A stretch of 44,400 bases of DNA from an uncultured Candidatus Saccharibacteria bacterium. Lineage in GTDB: Bacteria; Patescibacteriota; Minisyncoccia; Phycocordibacterales; JAACPR01. Each line of letters starts with the position of its first letter. The first letter of the stretch is position 1. Of this stretch, positions 1 through 9,283 are shown one piece after another. The DNA is taken from positions 1-44,400 of the forward strand of contig CAZHOL010000001.1 in the NCBI GenBank assembly GCA_964534415.1. The letters run 5' to 3'. The notes beneath the pieces are model-generated. The model searched no databases and was not told the DNA's origin. It saw only the letters and a list, made by a program, of their open reading frames with translations. Both the position numbers and the translations under genes were made by a program.

Positions 1-771
1 ATTATCAACGAAATCTGCGTCGACAATCTTGACGCGGATTTCTTTTTCTCCGTGTTTAATGAAGAAATATGCACCGGGCCATGGATTCAGTGCCTTGATT
101 TTCAGAAAATTCGTTCGCGCATCGCCGGCCAAATCAATTAGTCCGTTCTCTTTCTTCATTTTCTTTGTAAAGGTCGCAAGTTCGTGATTCTGTTCCTTTG
201 CCTCAATGTTTCCAGAAATCCATTCCGGTATTACTCCAGCTAGAATTTGTCCGCCCAGATGCGACAACTCATCCTCGATTTTCGACCGACCGGTCCATTC
301 GGTAAAGAAAACTTGTTCCTGTCGGACGATTGGGCCATGATCCATTTTGTCATCCATCAACATAATTGTGACACCCGTATTTTTGTCGTCGGCCAGAATT
401 ACAGATTCGATTGGTGAAGCTCCGCGATATTTTGGTAAAAGGGAGGGATGAACATTCAATGTGCCCTTCGCAGGAATGTCGAGAACTGTTTGAGGAATTA
501 TTTTTCCATATGAAGCCAAAACAAACAAATCCCATTTCTCCGAATTTAATTTTGCAACAAATTCATCATCTAATTTTTCAGGTTGTACGAACGGCACAGA
601 ATTTTTGATAGCCCACTCTTTAACTTCAGAAGAATGTATTTTATTTCCACGACCACTCGGTCTGTCAGGTACGGTAACAATGAGAGCAGGAGTCAAATCG
701 GCTCTCTGTAATTCATCCAAAACCCCAACACTAAATTTGTCAGTACCCCAAAATGCGTATTTTATTTTCAT
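1..771 (-). CDS. fmt: Methionyl-tRNA formyltransferase, C-terminus cut by window edge
   Basis: Absent from the ORF track because it runs off the window. My reverse translation from ATG 771-769 gives MKIKYAFWGTDKFSVGVLDELQRADLTPALIVTVPDRPSGRGNK and, at 421-480, NVHPSLLPKYRG (formyltransferase motif). ATGA overlap with the def stop; def-fmt is a canonical pair. Confidence 0.85.
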   Translation of the reverse strand, partial: MKIKYAFWGTDKFSVGVLDELQRADLTPALIVTVPDRPSGRGNKIHSSEVKEWAIKNSVPFVQPEKLDDEFVAKLNSEKWDLFVLASYGKIIPQTVLDIPAKGTLNVHPSLLPKYRGASPIESVILADDKNTGVTIMLMDDKMDHGPIVRQEQVFFTEWTGRSKIEDELSHLGGQILAGVIPEWISGNIEAKEQNHELATFTKKMKKENGLIDLAGDARTNFLKIKALNPWPGAYFFIKHGEKEIRVKIVDADFVDN

Positions 772-1310
772 TTGTTTTTTTCTAAAGGCAATTCGCGCAC
801 ATTTTTTGCTTTATCAATAAAAAGTATACCATCTAGATGATCAGTTTCATGCTGAAAAATTTGTGCGAGCAATCCCGTGCCTTCCATCGTGAATTTATCG
901 CCTCGCTCGTTATACGCCTCGACTGTTGCACGACTTGCGCGTTTAACTTTGCCGTAGAGAGGACGAACAGATAGACAGCCTTCTTCCATTCCTTTGCGAT
1001 CTTTGGACATGAAGATAATTTTAGGATTGATGAAGACCGTTTCCTGCGGACCATTAACCTTCACAATACTAAAAACATTCGGACTAATTAAAAACATCCT
1101 TTTTGAAATTGCAATTTGAGGTGCAGCAATAGCGACACCGTCATGCTGTGACTCGAGAGCTTCTCGCATTTCCGCCAATTCTTTTTGAAGTTTTGCCCTC
1201 GTAATATCCTTGAGTGGCACCTCTTTTGCGATTTGACGCAGTATTTTGTTGTCTTGTTGAATGATTTCTCTCATTTTGTTGTTAGCAATAGTATGCCATA
1301 AAAGGGTCAA
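768..1310 (-). CDS. def: Peptide deformylase
   Basis: Motifs GVAIAAPQI, EGCLSV and QHETDHLDG (HExxH) in the 180-aa translation. Confidence 0.93.
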   Translation of the reverse strand: MTLLWHTIANNKMREIIQQDNKILRQIAKEVPLKDITRAKLQKELAEMREALESQHDGVAIAAPQIAISKRMFLISPNVFSIVKVNGPQETVFINPKIIFMSKDRKGMEEGCLSVRPLYGKVKRASRATVEAYNERGDKFTMEGTGLLAQIFQHETDHLDGILFIDKAKNVRELPLEKNK

Positions 1311-1319
1311 AATACAAGG

Positions 1320-3215
1320 TTAAATGACACTTTGTGCATCAATTTCAACTTTGTATTGTGGAGGCAAATTTCGCAATTTGTGAATCAGCACATCCTCAAT
1401 CTGTTTCAATTTCGAAAGTTTAATAATTCCATTCATGACATATCGCCCGCGAACCCGTTCAACGAAAGCAGGGAAGTAATTGAAATCCTCTGGCCCAAAA
1501 TATTGTTTCAGAACTTCAAACTCGCGTTCCAGTTTTTCTTTCGAAGTGGCGGTGGTGCTAATTTTCACAATCGTGCTAAACGGCGGATAATTAAATTTCT
1601 TGCGATCCAAAAATTCTTGTCGATAAAAATTCGCCAAATTTCCCGTCACAGCGTTTTCAAAAATATCGTCCTCAATTTTGCGAGTTTGAATTAGGAAGTT
1701 TTGCGTGGCAATTAATCGGCAACTCAACAAAATTTTCAAAATTCTCTCGCGAATTTGAAAATCTGGAATCGAAAGCATTGCATCAATCGAAATTATGCCA
1801 ACATTTTCAATTGGCTCGCGCATGTAGAGTAGGGCCATTTCCGTTCCAACCAAAATTCCTCCAGGAGTTTCTAGAAACCTGTTAACTATTTCGGTTGCTT
1901 TCTTTGGAGTCGGCGCCTTATTTTTATCCAACACAAAAATTTTCGCTTCAGGAAGAAAATCTAAAATCTGTGCAGAAACTTTATCAATTCCAATTCCAAT
2001 TTCGGTCAATTTCCAACTCTGACATTTCACACATTTCTCACCTGAATATCTCTGCTCACCACAGGCGTGACATCGGAAATAGTTGTCTGGCTCGGTGGCA
2101 TCTTTGCCATAGAGAACGACCGGCGCGCCACATTTGTGACAAGTCACAACATGCCCACAGTCACCGCAGACGATCAGGGGCGACAAACCCTTTCGCGAGA
2201 CATACAAAAACGCGCGGTGATTGTTGGTGTGATTGTTGCGCAACATATCCTTCATTTGATTGGAGAAAATGGGGAAAGCTTTCTCGACCTTGGATTTGTT
2301 CTTCATATCAATCACCGCAGTTTTCGCCGTCGAGAGAGAGCGGAATTTTATCTGATTGTATTCGGTTAATTCGTGCTGATCGAATCGCCAGAGGGTTTCG
2401 GCTCGCAGGAGAAAGTCGCCGAGATACAAATCAGCACCAATACTCGAGGCGTAGAATTCTGCGAACTTTCGAAAATCGAAATACGGGCGCATCATGGTTT
2501 TGTATCCACCAGAATTTTCTCGCTCGAGAATGATCGCGCCGAGTTTTCTAATTGGCAAGCTGAAATATTTTCCAGTGGCAATAACTAGGCAGGCGTTCTC
2601 TGATTCGGTGACGGCTTTCCAAACCTCAAGCATCTTTTTTTTGTTCACATCACCAAGCAAAACGAAAGTATTCACCTCGATCCCTTTAGAAAGTTTTTTC
2701 GAAGCATAATGCGCATCCTCAATTGTCGGCACACAAAAGAAAACCGACTCGCCCTTGGCAAATTTCCCGCGAATAATATTTTTGTAATTGGCAAATCGCT
2801 CCTCGTCCTCGCTTTGAATGACAAATTTGTTGCCTTTGTTTGCGCGCACGGTCTCGTCCTGTCTGAAACTAATTTTCGCCACATTATCCAAGATGTGTTT
2901 TGGAATTAGGAAGTTTATAATTGCCCCCGCCGAAGTTAGAAAATATTTTGCTGTCTCGCTCGCCGCGGAAATGAAATTTTTGTCGAAGGAGAAACTTTTG
3001 TTAATTGATTTGATTTTCTTTATTCCAAAATCTGAATTTTTGATTTCTTGCTTCAAATCTTCAACTGCTCGAGTTTCGATTACTAATCCTTTGTATTCCT
3101 TCTTTCGGACAGGAATTGTCACAATACTGCCTGGCTCGACATGTTTCTGCGAAAAGTATGACAAATACTCTGCCTTTATCCCTTTTGCGAATGGTGTGAC
3201 TAGTACTACATACAT
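1320..3215 (-). CDS. priA: Primosomal protein N' (PriA)-like, with ATPase motifs apparently degenerate
   Basis: Cys-rich zinc region CGDCGHVVTCHKCGAPV...CHACGEQ...CVKCQ and overall collinearity with PriA. The positions expected for Walker A and DExH read QSEDEERF and ILERENS. Confidence 0.75.
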   Translation of the reverse strand: MYVVLVTPFAKGIKAEYLSYFSQKHVEPGSIVTIPVRKKEYKGLVIETRAVEDLKQEIKNSDFGIKKIKSINKSFSFDKNFISAASETAKYFLTSAGAIINFLIPKHILDNVAKISFRQDETVRANKGNKFVIQSEDEERFANYKNIIRGKFAKGESVFFCVPTIEDAHYASKKLSKGIEVNTFVLLGDVNKKKMLEVWKAVTESENACLVIATGKYFSLPIRKLGAIILERENSGGYKTMMRPYFDFRKFAEFYASSIGADLYLGDFLLRAETLWRFDQHELTEYNQIKFRSLSTAKTAVIDMKNKSKVEKAFPIFSNQMKDMLRNNHTNNHRAFLYVSRKGLSPLIVCGDCGHVVTCHKCGAPVVLYGKDATEPDNYFRCHACGEQRYSGEKCVKCQSWKLTEIGIGIDKVSAQILDFLPEAKIFVLDKNKAPTPKKATEIVNRFLETPGGILVGTEMALLYMREPIENVGIISIDAMLSIPDFQIRERILKILLSCRLIATQNFLIQTRKIEDDIFENAVTGNLANFYRQEFLDRKKFNYPPFSTIVKISTTATSKEKLEREFEVLKQYFGPEDFNYFPAFVERVRGRYVMNGIIKLSKLKQIEDVLIHKLRNLPPQYKVEIDAQSVI

Positions 3216-3255
3216 GTTTGAAGTATATCAAAACGGGCGGGGCGGGGGTATATAT

Positions 3256-3282
3256 AAAAAGTCCCCCCGGAGATCCGGGGGG
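3256..3282 (-). terminator. Intrinsic terminator of the 83-aa gene
   Basis: 8-bp all-GC stem CCCCCCGG (3263-3270) / CCGGGGGG (3275-3282) with a 4-nt loop. On the minus strand it is followed by ACTTTTT. Confidence 0.7.
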
Positions 3283-3306
3283 TAGGAGAGCATTTCGCCC
3301 AGTATG

Positions 3307-3558
3307 TTAGCCGAGAATACGCTTCTTCAGTTCTTCAGCGATTTTTTGTGCACACTCCTGAAAATCCAAAATAGAGAGTGTCTCTCCTTTTTGCGTGATG
3401 TACGCCATAGCAAGTCCGTCCTGAACTACCATGATACGACTCGTAACCTCTTCAATAGATTCATTTTGTAGAATTGTCTTCATCAGAGCGGAGTTTCCAT
3501 CTTTTTGTGCATCCTTGATTATACGATCCACAGCGAATTCAACAAATTTCGCATGCAT
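3307..3558 (-). CDS. Hypothetical 83-aa protein (orphan monocistronic unit)
   Basis: GAGGAG about 7 nt upstream of the ATG, its own promoter and a GC hairpin terminator. No recognisable motif. Confidence 0.6.
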   Translation of the reverse strand: MHAKFVEFAVDRIIKDAQKDGNSALMKTILQNESIEEVTSRIMVVQDGLAMAYITQKGETLSILDFQECAQKIAEELKKRILG

Positions 3559-3612
3559 CTTGTTTCTCCTCGTGTTTGTGGTTTTTTGTTCCTCTATATC
3601 AATACTAAATGC

Positions 3613-3642
3613 AAATTATCATCATAATTGACATTTGTCAAT
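3613..3642 (-). promoter_or_regulatory. Putative promoter TTGACA-17-TAATTT inside a 16-bp palindrome
   Basis: On the minus strand, TTGACA (3641-3636) and TAATTT (3618-3613). The -35 box lies in the palindrome ATTGACA-TT-TGTCAAT (3627-3642). Confidence 0.45.
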
Positions 3643-3704
3643 AAAATCTCCCCAAACCAACCGAATTGTAAATTTCCCCCAAAAGTAATATACTTCACCC
3701 ATCT

Positions 3705-4718
3705 ATGGGATTTTTCACACCAAAATTGGGTATTGATTTGGGTACGGCAAATACGCTTGTTTTTGTACCGGGAAAGGGAATCGTTTTGAACGAACCTTCC
3801 GTCGTTGCGATTTCCGAGCAGGACAACAAAATTCTCGCCGTAGGTCTCGAAGCCAAGGAAATGATCGGTCGAACTCCAGAGAGCATCGTTGCATATCGTC
3901 CAATGCGTGACGGCGTCATCGCCGACTATCGTGTAACCGAGGCTATGCTTTCATATTTTTTTAATAAAGCTCTCGGCAAATGGAATTTTTTCAAACCCGA
4001 GGTGATGGTTTCTGTACCTGCTGGTGTAACTTCAACAGAGAGACGCGCGGTGATCGAGGCTGCCATCAAAGCCGGTGCCAAAAACGCCTATGTTGTGAAA
4101 GAACCAATTCTTGCGGCGATTGGTGCGGGAATTCCTATTCATGAAGCTCAGGGCCGAATGATCGTCGACATCGGAGGAGGAACAACTGACGTGGCCGTTA
4201 TCTCGCTCGGAGGAATCGTGGCTTCAAAATCTGTGAAATGTGCCGGCAACAAAATCGACGCGGCAATTTGTGACTACATCAAGAAAACTTTCAATCTCGC
4301 CATCGGTGACAAAACTGCAGAGCAAATCAAAATCAAGGTCGGGTCCGCCATTTTTCTCGAAGATGAATTGGAAATGACAATCAAGGGTCGCGACTTCCTG
4401 ACTGGTTTGCCTCGTTCCGCCGACATCAAGACAAATGAAATTGTGAAAGCTATCAGTAAAGAACTTTACGAAATTATCAAAGCCATCAAAGACGTTTTGC
4501 AGGACACTCCGCCTGAATTGGCTTCTGATATTATCGATAACGGTGTCACTATGACCGGAGGATCGTCGCTGTTGCGTAACTTTCCAGAGCTAGTTTTCCG
4601 TCGAACCGGTGTGAAAGCCACTCTCGCCAAGGACGCCTACTATTGTGTTGCGAAGGGAACAGGAATCGCGCTGCGACATTTGGATACTTATAAAAAGACG
4701 ATTATTGCGAAGCAGTAG
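3705..4718 (+). CDS. mreB: Rod-shape actin homologue MreB (paralogue 1)
   Basis: GIDLGTANTLVFVPGKGIVLNEPSVVAI, DIGGGTTDVAVISLGG, MTGGSSLL. Upstream TTGTAA-17-TATACT (3666-3694). Confidence 0.92.
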   Translation: MGFFTPKLGIDLGTANTLVFVPGKGIVLNEPSVVAISEQDNKILAVGLEAKEMIGRTPESIVAYRPMRDGVIADYRVTEAMLSYFFNKALGKWNFFKPEVMVSVPAGVTSTERRAVIEAAIKAGAKNAYVVKEPILAAIGAGIPIHEAQGRMIVDIGGGTTDVAVISLGGIVASKSVKCAGNKIDAAICDYIKKTFNLAIGDKTAEQIKIKVGSAIFLEDELEMTIKGRDFLTGLPRSADIKTNEIVKAISKELYEIIKAIKDVLQDTPPELASDIIDNGVTMTGGSSLLRNFPELVFRRTGVKATLAKDAYYCVAKGTGIALRHLDTYKKTIIAKQ

Positions 4719-4769
4719 GATACTTTACAGATTTTACCCCTCATCTCAAAAAGTATATAATACCTCCAT

Positions 4770-5456
4770 ATGACATCTCAAAACCTCCATCACTTCACAA
4801 TTTATGTTGGTGATTTTGATTCCGCCATTTCAGAGATTGCGAAAATTTGTCATGAAGTTTTAAATTTCGAACTCGAGGGTAACTCAAACTATTTTTTACA
4901 CAAATTCAGTGACTTTTTAATCGATGACGCCAGACTATTTTCAGAAACCAAAAACCGCAAAATCAAAGTGGGTGATTCTGCTGTGTCTGTCATTTTATTT
5001 GGAGGCACCAACACTGAATCACAGAATGCACTCCTGAAGCTTTTCGAGGAGCCAATTCCAGGACACTATTTTTTCCTAATCGTTCCGAAAGTTCACATCT
5101 TGTTGCCAACAATTTTGTCACGTGCGGTGGTCATAGAGAATTTTGCCAAAAGAGAAACGGATGATCGAGTCGCGGAAATCTTCAAAATGAGTTTGAAAAA
5201 AAGAATGGAGTATGTCGCTGATATTGTGGATCAGGTGAAAAAAGAAAAGCTTTCGCGATCTGATTTGCGAAACCTTGCAGACAAAATTATGATTGAATTG
5301 AATCAGAAATTTCTCGAGGGCAACAGCGAATTGGCCGAGCCACTAAAACATTTGAATAAAATCACGCAGTATTTGGAAAACCCAGGTGCTTCATTAAAAA
5401 ATATTTTAGAATACATGATGTTGCTAATTCCAAAATCTGATATAATTGGGCGGTAA
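4770..5456 (+). CDS. holB: DNA polymerase III delta-prime-like clamp-loader subunit
   Basis: LLKLFEEPIPGHYFFLIVPKVHILLPTILSRAVV matches the LLKxLEEP...SR(C/A) sensor region. The protein is short and has no obvious P-loop. Confidence 0.7.
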   Translation: MTSQNLHHFTIYVGDFDSAISEIAKICHEVLNFELEGNSNYFLHKFSDFLIDDARLFSETKNRKIKVGDSAVSVILFGGTNTESQNALLKLFEEPIPGHYFFLIVPKVHILLPTILSRAVVIENFAKRETDDRVAEIFKMSLKKRMEYVADIVDQVKKEKLSRSDLRNLADKIMIELNQKFLEGNSELAEPLKHLNKITQYLENPGASLKNILEYMMLLIPKSDIIGR

Positions 5457-5466
5457 TAATAAAAAT

Positions 5467-6015
5467 ATGTACGATTTCAAAAACTTCAAAACAAAATTAG
5501 AGCAAAAAGCAGAATGGTTAAAGAAGGAATTTTTCTCAATTAGAACTGGACGAGCGGCGATTGGATTGCTCGACAGTGTCTTCGTTGAAATGTACGGATC
5601 ACGAATGCCGTTGAATCAGTGTGCGACTATCGCAACAGAGGATGCGCGAACTTTGAAAATTAATCCATTCGACAAAAGTCAGGCTCAGGCAATCGAAAAG
5701 GCTATCGTTGTGGCGGACCTCGGTGTGGGTGTGGTGAATAACGGTGCTGGAATTAGAGTTATTTTTCCAGAACTAACAGGTGAGCGACGCGAATTATTGA
5801 TTAAGCAGGCCAAGAAAAAATTAGAGGAAGCCAAAATCTCACTTCGACAGGATCGCGACGAAACTGTGAAAGATATCGAGAAGAAAGAAAAAGACGGGGG
5901 AATGTCAGAGGATGATAAATTCCGATTGAAAGAAGACATGCAGAAATTATTCGATGATTACCAGAAGAAATTAGAAGCGATGACTGCGGACAAAGAAAAA
6001 GAAATCAGATCATAA
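5467..6015 (+). CDS. frr: Ribosome recycling factor
   Basis: FFSIRTGRAAIGLLDSVFVEMYGSRMPLNQCATI and ISLRQDRDE. I prefer ATG 5467 (MYDFKN) over the TTG at 5446 used in the track. The stop overlaps the rseP start (TAATG). Confidence 0.9.
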   Translation: MYDFKNFKTKLEQKAEWLKKEFFSIRTGRAAIGLLDSVFVEMYGSRMPLNQCATIATEDARTLKINPFDKSQAQAIEKAIVVADLGVGVVNNGAGIRVIFPELTGERRELLIKQAKKKLEEAKISLRQDRDETVKDIEKKEKDGGMSEDDKFRLKEDMQKLFDDYQKKLEAMTADKEKEIRS

Positions 6016-7082
6016 TGTCAATAATAATCTTCATAATAATTTTAGGTGCGTTGATTTTCGTGCACGAATTAGGGCATTTTTTGCTTGCCAAGAAGAATGG
6101 AATTAGGGTGGATGAGTTTGCTATTGGATTTCCTCCACGATTGTATAGCGTCACGAGAGGTGAGACGAAATATTCGCTGAATCTCATTCCATTTGGAGGA
6201 TACGTCAAAATTTTCGGGGAAAATCCAGACGATGAATCACTGGATCCGAATCGAACAGATAGTTTTATAAACAAATCGCGCTGGATTCAAGCTGCGGTTT
6301 TGGTTGCGGGCGTGGTATTCAATGTGGTGTTTGCTTGGTTTCTATTTTTTGTGATTTCTATGACGGGGGCGCCGGCCGTGGTTACTTCAGAAAATTCGGC
6401 GTATATAAAAAATCCGCAGTTGGTCATTACAGAAATTTTCAATGACTCACCAGCTGTCGATGCGGGACTGGTTGCGGGCGATGTAATCAAGAAAATTTCA
6501 AATCAGAAGGAAAGTTTCGAGGGGGCAGATCTCAGCCCTGATATTGTCAAAAAAATTATTTCTGAAAGCACCGGAAATGTCACGATGGAATTGGCCGACA
6601 GAAAATTGGAAGTCACTCCACGAACTGGAGTTCTTGGCGACACTCGAGCCATTGGAATCTCGATGGAAAAAATCGGTGAACAAAATCTCACACTGGCGCA
6701 GGCGATACCAGAGTCGTTTAGAATGACATGGGACAGCTTCAAAATGGTTTTCACCGGACTGATTTCAATGTTTGCTGGCGACGTTTCTCTCAAAGAGGTC
6801 TCTGGCCCAGTCGGAATCGTGAAAATGGTTGGAAGTGCGGCACAATTTGGATTGGCGAATTTGTTGGCTTTCACTGCGGTGCTCTCTATCAATCTTGCGG
6901 TTCTAAATATTATGCCTTTTCCCGCACTCGATGGCGGACGGTTGCTTTTCCTCGGTATCGAAGGAATTACTCGTCGCAGAATTAAACCAGTGGTGGCAAA
7001 TTGGGTAAACGCTGTCGGGTTTATGATTCTAATTGGGCTCATGATTTTGATTACGGTGAGTGATGTGTTGAAGCTTTTTTAA
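6015..7082 (+). CDS. rseP: Site-2 (M50) intramembrane zinc metalloprotease RseP-like
   Basis: HELGHF (HExxH), PDZ-like GLVAGDVIKKI, and NLAVLNIMPFPALDGG (LDG motif). Confidence 0.9.
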   Translation: MSIIIFIIILGALIFVHELGHFLLAKKNGIRVDEFAIGFPPRLYSVTRGETKYSLNLIPFGGYVKIFGENPDDESLDPNRTDSFINKSRWIQAAVLVAGVVFNVVFAWFLFFVISMTGAPAVVTSENSAYIKNPQLVITEIFNDSPAVDAGLVAGDVIKKISNQKESFEGADLSPDIVKKIISESTGNVTMELADRKLEVTPRTGVLGDTRAIGISMEKIGEQNLTLAQAIPESFRMTWDSFKMVFTGLISMFAGDVSLKEVSGPVGIVKMVGSAAQFGLANLLAFTAVLSINLAVLNIMPFPALDGGRLLFLGIEGITRRRIKPVVANWVNAVGFMILIGLMILITVSDVLKLF

Positions 7083-7109
7083 TTTCTACTTTATTTTTTA
7101 ATTTTATTG

Positions 7110-7137
7110 TTGACTTTATCTCTTACCAATGTAAAGT
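7110..7137 (+). promoter_or_regulatory. Putative promoter TTGACT-16-TAAAGT
   Basis: TTGACT 7110-7115 and TAAAGT 7132-7137, followed by a leader of about 110 nt containing small hairpins (7148-7164; GGGG-TTGA-CCCC 7207-7218). Confidence 0.45.
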
Positions 7138-7252
7138 TTAATATAGAATGCTGGCCCAAAGCATACTATGAAATATTGAAAGGGCCTTGAAAGCTCTTTC
7201 TTATAGGGGGTTGACCCCTCATTTCATAACAACAGGGCAAAGGAGAACGAAC

Positions 7253-7921
7253 ATGAATGCATATCTGAAGAAATTTTTGGTGCAAAGTGTTGGTGAACAT
7301 GCGTGCCCGGCGATACAACAAGGCTGGGAAAAGGTGAGTTTGCCTAGTCTGCGTCACAGCAGTAAACCCCTATGCTTGTACGTCTATGATTATTTCCAAT
7401 CGACAACGTGCGAAATCAAGGAAATTATTTTGGCACTGTTTGCATTTGTTGCGTATCACCTTACCTTATATGTGGTAACAATTGATTTTGTCTTTATCGA
7501 TAAATTTGCCTATCGGGTTGCGGTTTATGTTGTCACTTTGTCTGTGCTTCTCTATGGAGCACGTTATGTATATTTGAGAAGATCAAGACGCGAAAAGGAA
7601 ACTGATGAAATATTCAAAACATTCTTGAGCCAAAAAACTGAATTATGCGCGGCTTTTCCGGGGATTGTGCAGAAATGCAATGCCGGATTCACTCTTCAGG
7701 AGGTGATATTTAATAGATTCGTCGAACTAGCAGGTGAAGTTCTCAGGGCTGAGAAGCGGCAAAAAGAAAACACCGATGAAAGTCAGCGAGGAATTTTATC
7801 GAATAATTTTGTATTGGCTCGAACCTCTGTTGATAATGCTTTACTAATTGCCAAGTACTTTGTTGACTTTGGTGACAGAAAGATCATTGGCGAGGCTTTT
7901 CGAAGGGCGGGGTCCAAATAG
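7253..7921 (+). CDS. Hypothetical membrane protein (orphan unit between rseP and proS)
   Basis: AAGGAG 7240-7245 precedes ATG 7253; the TTG at 7187 in the track has no such signal. Two hydrophobic helices (ILALFAFVAYHLTLYVV, VAVYVVTLSVLLYG). No known motif. Confidence 0.65.
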   Translation: MNAYLKKFLVQSVGEHACPAIQQGWEKVSLPSLRHSSKPLCLYVYDYFQSTTCEIKEIILALFAFVAYHLTLYVVTIDFVFIDKFAYRVAVYVVTLSVLLYGARYVYLRRSRREKETDEIFKTFLSQKTELCAAFPGIVQKCNAGFTLQEVIFNRFVELAGEVLRAEKRQKENTDESQRGILSNNFVLARTSVDNALLIAKYFVDFGDRKIIGEAFRRAGSK

Positions 7922-7939
7922 CATTTTGTGAATTATTGC

Positions 7940-7971
7940 GCCACACCTAACTCTGGGTGTGGCCTTTTCTT
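7940..7971 (+). terminator. Intrinsic terminator
   Basis: GCCACACC (7940-7947) / GGTGTGGC (7956-7963) followed by CTTTTCTT. Confidence 0.7.
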
Positions 7972-8010
7972 ATATTTCCCCTTCAAAACATAATTTGATA
8001 TTATATACCT

Positions 8011-9237
8011 ATGAAACAAAGCGGGATTTTCACAAAGACTCGTCGCGAAGCACCTTCGGACGAAGTATCAAAGAATGCGCAATTATTAATTCGAGCGGGC
8101 TTTATCAACAAAGAAATGGCAGGGGTCTATGACATTTTGCCGTTTGGTTTGCGAGTGATGAATAAAATAAAAAATATTATTCGCGAGGAGATGAACGCGG
8201 TCGGTGGTCATGAATTGGAGATGACGGCTCTGCAGGATCCGGCTTTGTGGAAGCAAACTAATCGATGGGACGACGTCGCGGTCGACAACTGGTTCAAAAC
8301 AGAATTAAAAAATGGAACAGAACTCGGACTCGGATTTACTCACGAGGAACCAATCACTCGAATGATGAAAAATCACATTAACTCATACAAAGATCTCCCA
8401 ATTTGTGCATATCAATTTCAAACAAAATTTCGAAACGAATTGCGCGCTAAATCTGGCATCTTGCGCGGACGAGAATTTTTGATGAAGGACCTCTATTCAT
8501 TCTGCGCTGACGAAAAACAGCAGGCCGAGGTTTATGAAAAACTGAAAAATGCCTACGTCAATGTTTTCAAACGGGTCGGTCTCGGAGAAAAAACTCACCT
8601 GACATTTGCAAGCGGTGGAACTTTCAGTAAATATTCACACGAATTCCAGGCGGAAACTGAATCTGGCGAAGATCTAATTTACCTCGACCGCAAAAAGGGA
8701 ATTGCGATTAATAAAGAGGTTTTGAATGATGAAGTCGTTGCTGATTTGGGAGTTGATAAGTCGTCGCTCGAAGAGTTGAAAACAGTCGAGGTCGGCAACA
8801 TTTTCAATCTCGGAACCAAATTCTCTGAACCTTTGGAATTGATTATCGACACCGAGGACAAGTCGCGAAAGCCTGTCATTATGGGTTCATACGGTATCGG
8901 AATCGGTCGTCTCATGGGCACAATCGCTGACATTTTTGCGGATGACAAGGGTCTCGTTTGGCCAGAATCTGTTGCACCCTTCAAATATCATTTGATAAAT
9001 TTGCAAAGTGATAATGTTGAGTCTGACAAAATCTACGAGCAAATGCTTTCAAAAAATATGGAAGTTCTCTACGACGATCGCGACACTCGCGCTGGCACAA
9101 AACTAGCCGACAGTGATTTGCTCGGAATCCCATTCAGGGTTATTGTTGGAAAAAATTTCAGCTCTGGAAAATTGGAAATTGTAAATCGAAAAACAGGGGA
9201 GACTGAGTTGGTTGATGTTGAGAACTTCATAAAATAA
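8011..9237 (+). CDS. proS: Prolyl-tRNA synthetase, short form without an INS editing domain
   Basis: KFRNELRAKSGILRGREFLMKDLYSF (class II motif 2 region), GSYGIGIGRL, and a C-terminal anticodon-binding-like region. 408 aa. Confidence 0.88.
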   Translation: MKQSGIFTKTRREAPSDEVSKNAQLLIRAGFINKEMAGVYDILPFGLRVMNKIKNIIREEMNAVGGHELEMTALQDPALWKQTNRWDDVAVDNWFKTELKNGTELGLGFTHEEPITRMMKNHINSYKDLPICAYQFQTKFRNELRAKSGILRGREFLMKDLYSFCADEKQQAEVYEKLKNAYVNVFKRVGLGEKTHLTFASGGTFSKYSHEFQAETESGEDLIYLDRKKGIAINKEVLNDEVVADLGVDKSSLEELKTVEVGNIFNLGTKFSEPLELIIDTEDKSRKPVIMGSYGIGIGRLMGTIADIFADDKGLVWPESVAPFKYHLINLQSDNVESDKIYEQMLSKNMEVLYDDRDTRAGTKLADSDLLGIPFRVIVGKNFSSGKLEIVNRKTGETELVDVENFIK

Positions 9238-9283
9238 TATGTCAGAAAATCGAAGCATAAAAAAATATTGGAGAACAAAAGTC

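Noticed and set aside
3234-3282. A 15-nt G/C-only tract (CGGGCGGGGCGGGGG, 3234-3248) plus a nearby G6 run as a G-quadruplex or stringent-type discriminator in front of priA.
   Set aside because: Only three closely spaced G-runs are present. The fourth belongs to the terminator hairpin 28 nt away. The tract lies where a -35 region would be, not between the -10 box and the start. It is striking in an AT-rich genome, but I cannot support a function.
7187-7252. TTG start at 7187 for the 7253..7921 gene.
   Set aside because: There is no SD site, and the extension runs through leader hairpins. ATG 7253 is preceded by AAGGAG.
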